Part shown: piece after piece, positions 54,706 to 64,000 of the stretch | Layout of the letters: each line of letters opens with the position of its first letter | Position numbering within the stretch: position 1 is the stretch's first letter | From: the human T2T-CHM13v2.0 reference genome, Homo sapiens | Strand: one strand, 5' to 3' | Length of the DNA: 64,000 nt | Assembly: GCF_009914755.1 (NCBI RefSeq) | Contig: NC_060938.1 | Notes under the pieces: generated by a model | What the model saw: only the letters and a program-made list of their open reading frames with translations | The model's database searches: none | Told to the model about the DNA's origin: nothing | Position numbers and translations under genes: made by a program

Positions 54706-54980
54706 AGGTGTTTAAACCCAAAGGTGATGTGACGACAAGAAACCCCCTTCCCAACCCCTAACCCCAGGCAGAGACTGCTCTCCCAGGCCGGGGCCTCTTG
54801 GACCTTAAGGAATGAGGACAGAGCATCCTGAAGATGGGGAGTCCTCGTCCCCCAGGTAAGCTCAGGTGCCCTTTCCAGTGTGCCAAGTGTGTTGCCTGTG
54901 TCCTGCCCTGGGGGTTCAGGAGCCTCCTCTTAGAGGAGAGAAGCCTGCAGGGGCCTGGCCTGCCCAAGGCTGCATGTTCA

Positions 54981-55094
54981 GCAGCGGTGCAGCAGTGCAG
55001 TGGTGCAGCAGTGCAGTGGTGCAGCAGTGCAGTGGCGCAGCCGTGCAGTGGCGCAGCCGTGCAGTGGCGCAGCCGTGCAGTGGTGCAGCAGTGC
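54981..55094. repeat. 16-bp minisatellite, 7 copies (gcagtggYgcagcMgt)
   Basis: Exact 16-bp period, two variant types in blocks. Confidence 0.95.
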
Positions 55095-56569
55095 TCCTGC
55101 TGGCAGAGCCTGGTATTGGCGGAGCCTCACGTCATGTGAGCCTTGGAGCCGTGGTTAGTGTTGTCTGATGACTGTGAAAGCTGGACCCTGGAGGTAGCAA
55201 GAGTTGGGCCTGTGAGCCCCCAGGAGACACAAGGCAGCCGTGCAGCACAGAGAGAACATCCCGGAGGAGGCCTCTCCTTGGGAACCTTGACACGCAGGCT
55301 CTTCTCCTGTCACGCCACCCTCCACTTGCCCATACCTGCGTGGTCGGACGGCAGGGACACCAGCCCCCCACGCCTCAGCCTCTGCTGCTGCTGAGTCTCT
55401 GTAACCCCTGATGGCCCCTTCAGGAAAGGCCCCTTGTTCTCCTTGATCAGATGTGAGCGTGAGACCCGGGCTCCAGACATGCTGTCTGCATGAACCCTGA
55501 GATTGCTTGGGATGGAGCTGCCTGCCTCCTGGGAGCAAAGTCACAGCCTGAGCTGGACCGTCCCAGTCTTCCCAGAGGGACCAAGATTTCCTTTTCCTCC
55601 CTTGGCTGTTTGGGGAGCCCAGGCTTGAGAAGGCAAGGCTTGTCCAGCAGGAGCAGGAAGGCATGGTCGTGGGGCTAGAACCTGCCACCCAACCCATGCT
55701 CTGGTGAACGACAGAGTGGCGAGGGGAGGTGGTAGTTAAGGTCCGGCCAGAGAAGTCCGTGGACCAGCCTGCTGGCCACGAGGCCTTGCTCAGACCGAAC
55801 CCAGAGCTGGGTGCACTGACCCTCCCAGTCCAGGGACTGCTCCAGCTGGCAGCCCCTGAACTAAGGCAGAGCCAGTCCCCGGGGGCCCCGTGGAGGACTC
55901 CACATCCTGGGCAGCTCAGCCCCGAGGAAGAGGGAGAGAGTCAGACCCAGTTCATCCTCCCAGCGTCATCCTCCCTGGGGTCCCAGAAGCTCAGGCTCAC
56001 AAGGGACCATGAGCCCAGGGCTTGCCAGCTGCCTTTCCCAGCACAAGGAAACATCCACAGCAGGAGGAAGTGTCTACATGCCCACGTGGGGGTCAGGAGA
56101 CCGAGCTTCCTCCAGCTGCAGGCTCGCCCATGCGTCCGGGTGTCCCTGTCACCACCTCAGCTCTGCCCAGCTGGCCTTTCAAATGCAGCAGAGACTGTTT
56201 CCCCGGCCAGCCCAGGAGACCCCACCAAAGCTTCTTCTCAGGGTTCCTGGGCACGAAGGGCTGGGACAGGCTTGTGGTGGGGGTGGCTGCCTCTTATGGG
56301 GAGGGGGTTGCGTTCAGGCCAGGCTGAAGAGGCACCAAGAAAGAAGAGGGGGGTGTAAGCTGAGCCAGCACCACCTCCACACCCTCCACACCCCTACCTC
56401 CAGCACGCCCTCCACACCCCCTCCATGCTCCCCAGGGCGATGCCTTCACCACCCTCTCCCCAGGCTCCAGCTTCCCCACAGGGCTGGTCTCTGGAAGCAA
56501 AGACAGATTCGGAGCCCCGTGCTGCTCCCCAGGGAAGGATTTCACACTTGTCCCTGGAAAGGCCTGTTG

Positions 56570-57830
56570 ATGATGGTGTGACCACTGGAAACTGTCCCTA
56601 AATAGCTGTCCGGGAAATGCTGCTGGTCGTGATGATCCGTCAGTCACATACTTTCTATGTGTTAGGGGAAATACCTTAAAATCTTTTTTAAATTGTCATT
56701 TATTTAGACATTTTTAAAAGAAAATCTAAGGGAAAAGTGCTTTGTTTAAAATGCAGGGAGGCCATTTGTTTCCAGTTATAGGCACATTATTATACCACTG
56801 ACAAGGAGAGAAGTAGCTTAGCATTTTCCCTCCGCTTCTTTAAGAACTATTGGGGACTTTTGGCTTTAAAACGGGATCACTTAGGTCGAGGCATTCTTTG
56901 AAGCCAAACCGCTTAGAGACCAGTATTTTGTGCCAAGGGAAGAAATCTCACGGAACAGCAAAGCACTTAAATGTTCCACTTTAAGAATCTGAAGGCACAG
57001 ATCGTTCACATCGGTTCCGATTTTACGTTCCATGAACGTCAAATGGATAAAGCCTCCTTGTTGCAGCTGTACCAAACCAGGGCTAACGACTGGTTGGATT
57101 TCACGCTTCTTTCAAAAGCTCCTGTGGTTACACCATCCTTCACGTGGCCTTTAATATCCCCACGTGCCGCGGCTGCATTGGAACCCAGCGCCACGCTCCC
57201 CAGTCTCTCGTGGGTTCCGGGCAGTGAGTGGCAGCCGGAGGGCCCAGGGCAGGTGCTGCCTGTCAGGACCTCAGCCTGTATGTGCCGGGGGATGTTCGTG
57301 CCCAACAGAGGCCACTTGTCTCTGGGCCGGGGAGGCACCGGGTGGCCGTGCCTGTCAGGGCCTCCTTAGACAGTGCCCTCTCGGGCCAGCCGGCGGCTGC
57401 CCAGGTCGGGAACAGATATGTCGCCGGCGACACCATTATCTCCCGGGCGAACGGCGACGTCTCCGCAGCCAGGCAGAGCCCAGGCTGCCGTGTAATTGGA
57501 CCATTCAGAAGTAAATTATCTGCAGCTGGAAACAAGACACTGCCTTTTAACTCGGGCATTATAAGGTCAAGACTCGAGACATCGCTGGGAAAAGCAGTTA
57601 TTGAAAAGCGATGGGAAAATGAAATTTAAAATTCAAAGCCACCATGGGCGGCGAGCGTGGCGGGAGGCGTGCGTCACCGGCGGCCCCAGGAGCCGGGTCA
57701 GGAGGTGTATTTGCATCTTTATTTTGCTGACGCTGGAGAGCACTGCGTGAAGTGACTCTAATATCAATCTGATGAAAAAATAAATCCTGGAACAAAAGCT
57801 GCAAGACACTCGTGGAGCCCGGGCACTGTA
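56570..57830. promoter_or_regulatory. Large non-repetitive regulatory candidate: AT-rich blocks interleaved with CpG-island-like segments
   Basis: Dense CpG ~57150-57480 and ~57640-57700; TGTCATTTAT, CACTTAA, TAATTGG, ATTTGCAT 57709-57716, ATCAATC. Confidence 0.5.
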
Positions 57831-59163
57831 GAAGGGGCCTCGCAACAGACCCCGGCCGGGTGGTGGGACGTAGGCCCTGGGCTCTGGGCACCAGGCCGGC
57901 CTCTGCCCCACTTCCTGGCATTGGGATGGCTGTTCCAGGGAGGGTGACTCGGTCTCCCCCATTTCATCCCTCCTCTCTGCCTGGGGCAGTCTCCTCCCAG
58001 TTCCGCCCACAGCCCTCCGCACACACCCCTGCACCTGCTATCCTGTGGCCCCTCCTGCCACAGGAGTTTGCCCTCACCCCCACCCCTGTCAGGTGGCTCC
58101 CTCGGCCCTCGGCACCCTCCCTGCCCTCAGCCTGAGCCGAGCCTCTGTGACCTCATCCCGCTGTGTCGTGTGCACCATTGTGGGCCCTTCTGGGCAGTCA
58201 ACAAGTGTGATGTGCTCACCTGGGCCCCGCTATGTGGAGTGCTTACCTAGGGCCCGGGTACCACACCCAGTCTCAGGCTCTTGCCCACAACTCATACTCC
58301 TTTTCTCCACATCCTTTTCTCTTCTTGTGCCTGGCATAGAGCCTAGCCCAAACCAGGACGCACAGGAGCAGGAGTGGCCCTCAGAAATGGCCGTGCCCAC
58401 TCCCTGTCCCTGCAGCCCAGTGGAGACTGGGGAGTGGGGAGGCCCAGTGGGGAGGCCCAGTGGGGAGGCCCAGCCAGTGGGGACAGGCAGCCACAAGCAG
58501 ACACAGCCTGAAGGAGAAAGCATCCCAGCCCCTCCCTCTTCTCTCAACCCCGCACCAAACTGCCCTCCCTCCCCAGCCCAGCCCAGCCCCCAGGTCTCTT
58601 CTGCTGCCAGCTCACAGTGGTCACATGCCTTGGGCCTGGTGGACCATGTGGAGGAACGGAGGATGGGTATTCGCAGGTGGAGGAAGCGGGTCCCTGCGAA
58701 GTGGAGAGCTTTGTCTGGGGTCACACAGCGACTTAGTCTGGGGGTCCTGAGACCAGAGCCCAGCCTAGTGCTGGGTCTTTGGCAGCTTCCATTCCCAGAC
58801 GCCAGGGTGGGGGAGATGTTCCCTCACACGTCTGCCAGCATCCTGTCGATGGCCTGAGACTGTCTGCCCACTGTCTTCTGCGGGACCCTGGGCCCTGGGC
58901 CCTGGAAGAAAGGGATCCGTTTGGAGAGGAGCAGAGAGCACCAGCCACATGGAGCCCAAGGCACACTGTGTGCAATGCCAAGCAAGCCACGCACCGTCTG
59001 TGGGACTCGGTTTCTTGTTCTGATAAACAGGGGACATGTGTGCTCCTCACAGGGCTTCTGTGAAGATTAACCAGTGAGCACAGAGCACCCAGCCAAGGGG
59101 GCAAGTAATGGGCTGGAAGCTTCTGTATTTGTTTTCAGAGGATTTTCTGCTGCCTCTCACTCC

Positions 59164-59545
59164 TATATCTAATTAGAATTAGGTTCTGCTGGATAGAATA
59201 GAAAGCTCCCCAATAATCATGACTTCAACATGATAGAAGTGTATTTGTCTGTGTGTTTGTCTGTGTGTTTCTGAAGCTGGAAGGGGGCAGGTCCAGGGCT
59301 GCTGTTGTGAACTTGGCATCAGGAGCCGTGGCTGCTTCTGTCCTGTTGCTCCACCATGCATGGCCTTTATTCCTGAGGTTTCCTTTCCATCGCCAGATCT
59401 TAGTCACATGGCAGACCGCACTGCAAACAGGGCTGGGCAATGTAGCCTTTATTCCTGGAAGACACCTGCCCAGTGAAAATTGTGTGTTCTATTACTGAAG
59501 AAGGGGACCGCAGATATTGGGGGCAACTGGTAATCTATGCATGAC
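59164..59545 (-). mobile_element. MLT1J-like LTR
   Basis: ccagatcttagtcacatggc...ctgcaa...ggctgggcaatgtag...ttctattactgaagaagggg...gatattgggggcaact. Confidence 0.7.
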
Positions 59546-59559
59546 CTACAGTCACATGC

Positions 59560-63218
<3,659 letters not shown>

Positions 63219-63230
63219 AAAGGCATTTCT

Positions 63231-64000
63231 TTGATTACTGAAGAGGTTGAACTTACTTCCAAATGTTTATGAATCTGTGTATTTCCTCTTCTGTGAAATG
63301 CTAGTTCAAATTTTTTGTCCATTTCTTCCCACGGGGATTTTTGCCTTCTCTTATCGATTTGTAAAAGCTCTTCATATTTTTTGTATTCTGTTGGTCAGTT
63401 AGATGTGTTGCAGATACTTTCTCGTAGCCTGTGACTTGTCTTTTCACTTTTTGTTGTTGTTATTGCTTTTTGTAGAGAAGGGGTCTTGCTATGTTGCCCA
63501 AGCTTGTCTTGAATCCCCAGGTTCAAGCAGTCCTCCCACCTCAGGCTCCCAAAGTGTTGGGATTATAGGTGTGAGTCACTGTCCTCAGCCTTCGTTTTCA
63601 CTTTTTAAATGGTTTCTTTTGCTGAATTGAATTTCTTAATTTTAATAAAATTGCCTTTTGTTACAGCTTTCCCTTCACGCTTTGCTCTTTTTGTGTCTTG
63701 AGAAGCCCTTCCCTCTTCAACAGTCTTTTTAGTTATGCCTTTCATGTTTAAATCTTTGATCATTTGGGATTTATTTCTGAGTATGATGTGAGGTAGGGAT
63801 TCATTTTCTCTACTTAAAAAATGTATGGAGAGCAAGTTTCCCAGCATCTTATCAAAAAACATCCTTTCTACACTGATCTGCACTGTTTATTCTGTCAGTT
63901 ATACTTCAAGTTTCCATTAGTATATATTTTTCTGTGTTCTCAGTAATCTTCTGTTGGTCTTTTTGTCCATATCTGCACCCATACCATACAGTTTAATGAC
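63231..64000 (-). mobile_element. Old L1 ORF2 fragment
   Basis: tcttctgtgaaatgc, ctttgatcatttgggatttattt...atgatgtgaggtagggat...cccagca. Confidence 0.75.
63453..63590 (-). mobile_element. FLAM_C-like Alu monomer
   Basis: Single left-arm monomer; TSD-like ttttcacttttt at 63441-63452 and 63595-63606. Confidence 0.8.

Overview
This is primate, almost certainly human, non-coding genomic DNA, as shown by AluJ/AluS, FLAM, MIR, L1M, L2, MaLR/ERVL LTRs, Tigger1 and MER81. It is GC-rich, Alu-poor and rich in minisatellites up to about 59.5 kb, then AT-rich and L1-dense. I find no credible protein-coding exon, RNA gene or CRISPR array. The supplied ORFs are explained by high GC, tandem repeats or decayed transposons. 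The main structure left unexplained by repeats is a series of about a dozen short non-repetitive AT-rich islands carrying homeodomain, MEIS (CTGTCA/TGACAG), PBX-HOX (TGATGGAT), octamer, SOX and E-box motifs. The clearest are 32461-32660, next to a 23-bp x ~20 VNTR, and 56570-57830, which includes a CpG-retaining segment. Together they look like a developmental enhancer cluster in a gene desert. One testable candidate is the HMX1 distal enhancer region on 4p16.1, but that placement is inference and was not verified. Repeat subfamily names come from recalled consensus sequences and boundaries are approximate unless a TSD is given. I see no evidence for a new coding system.
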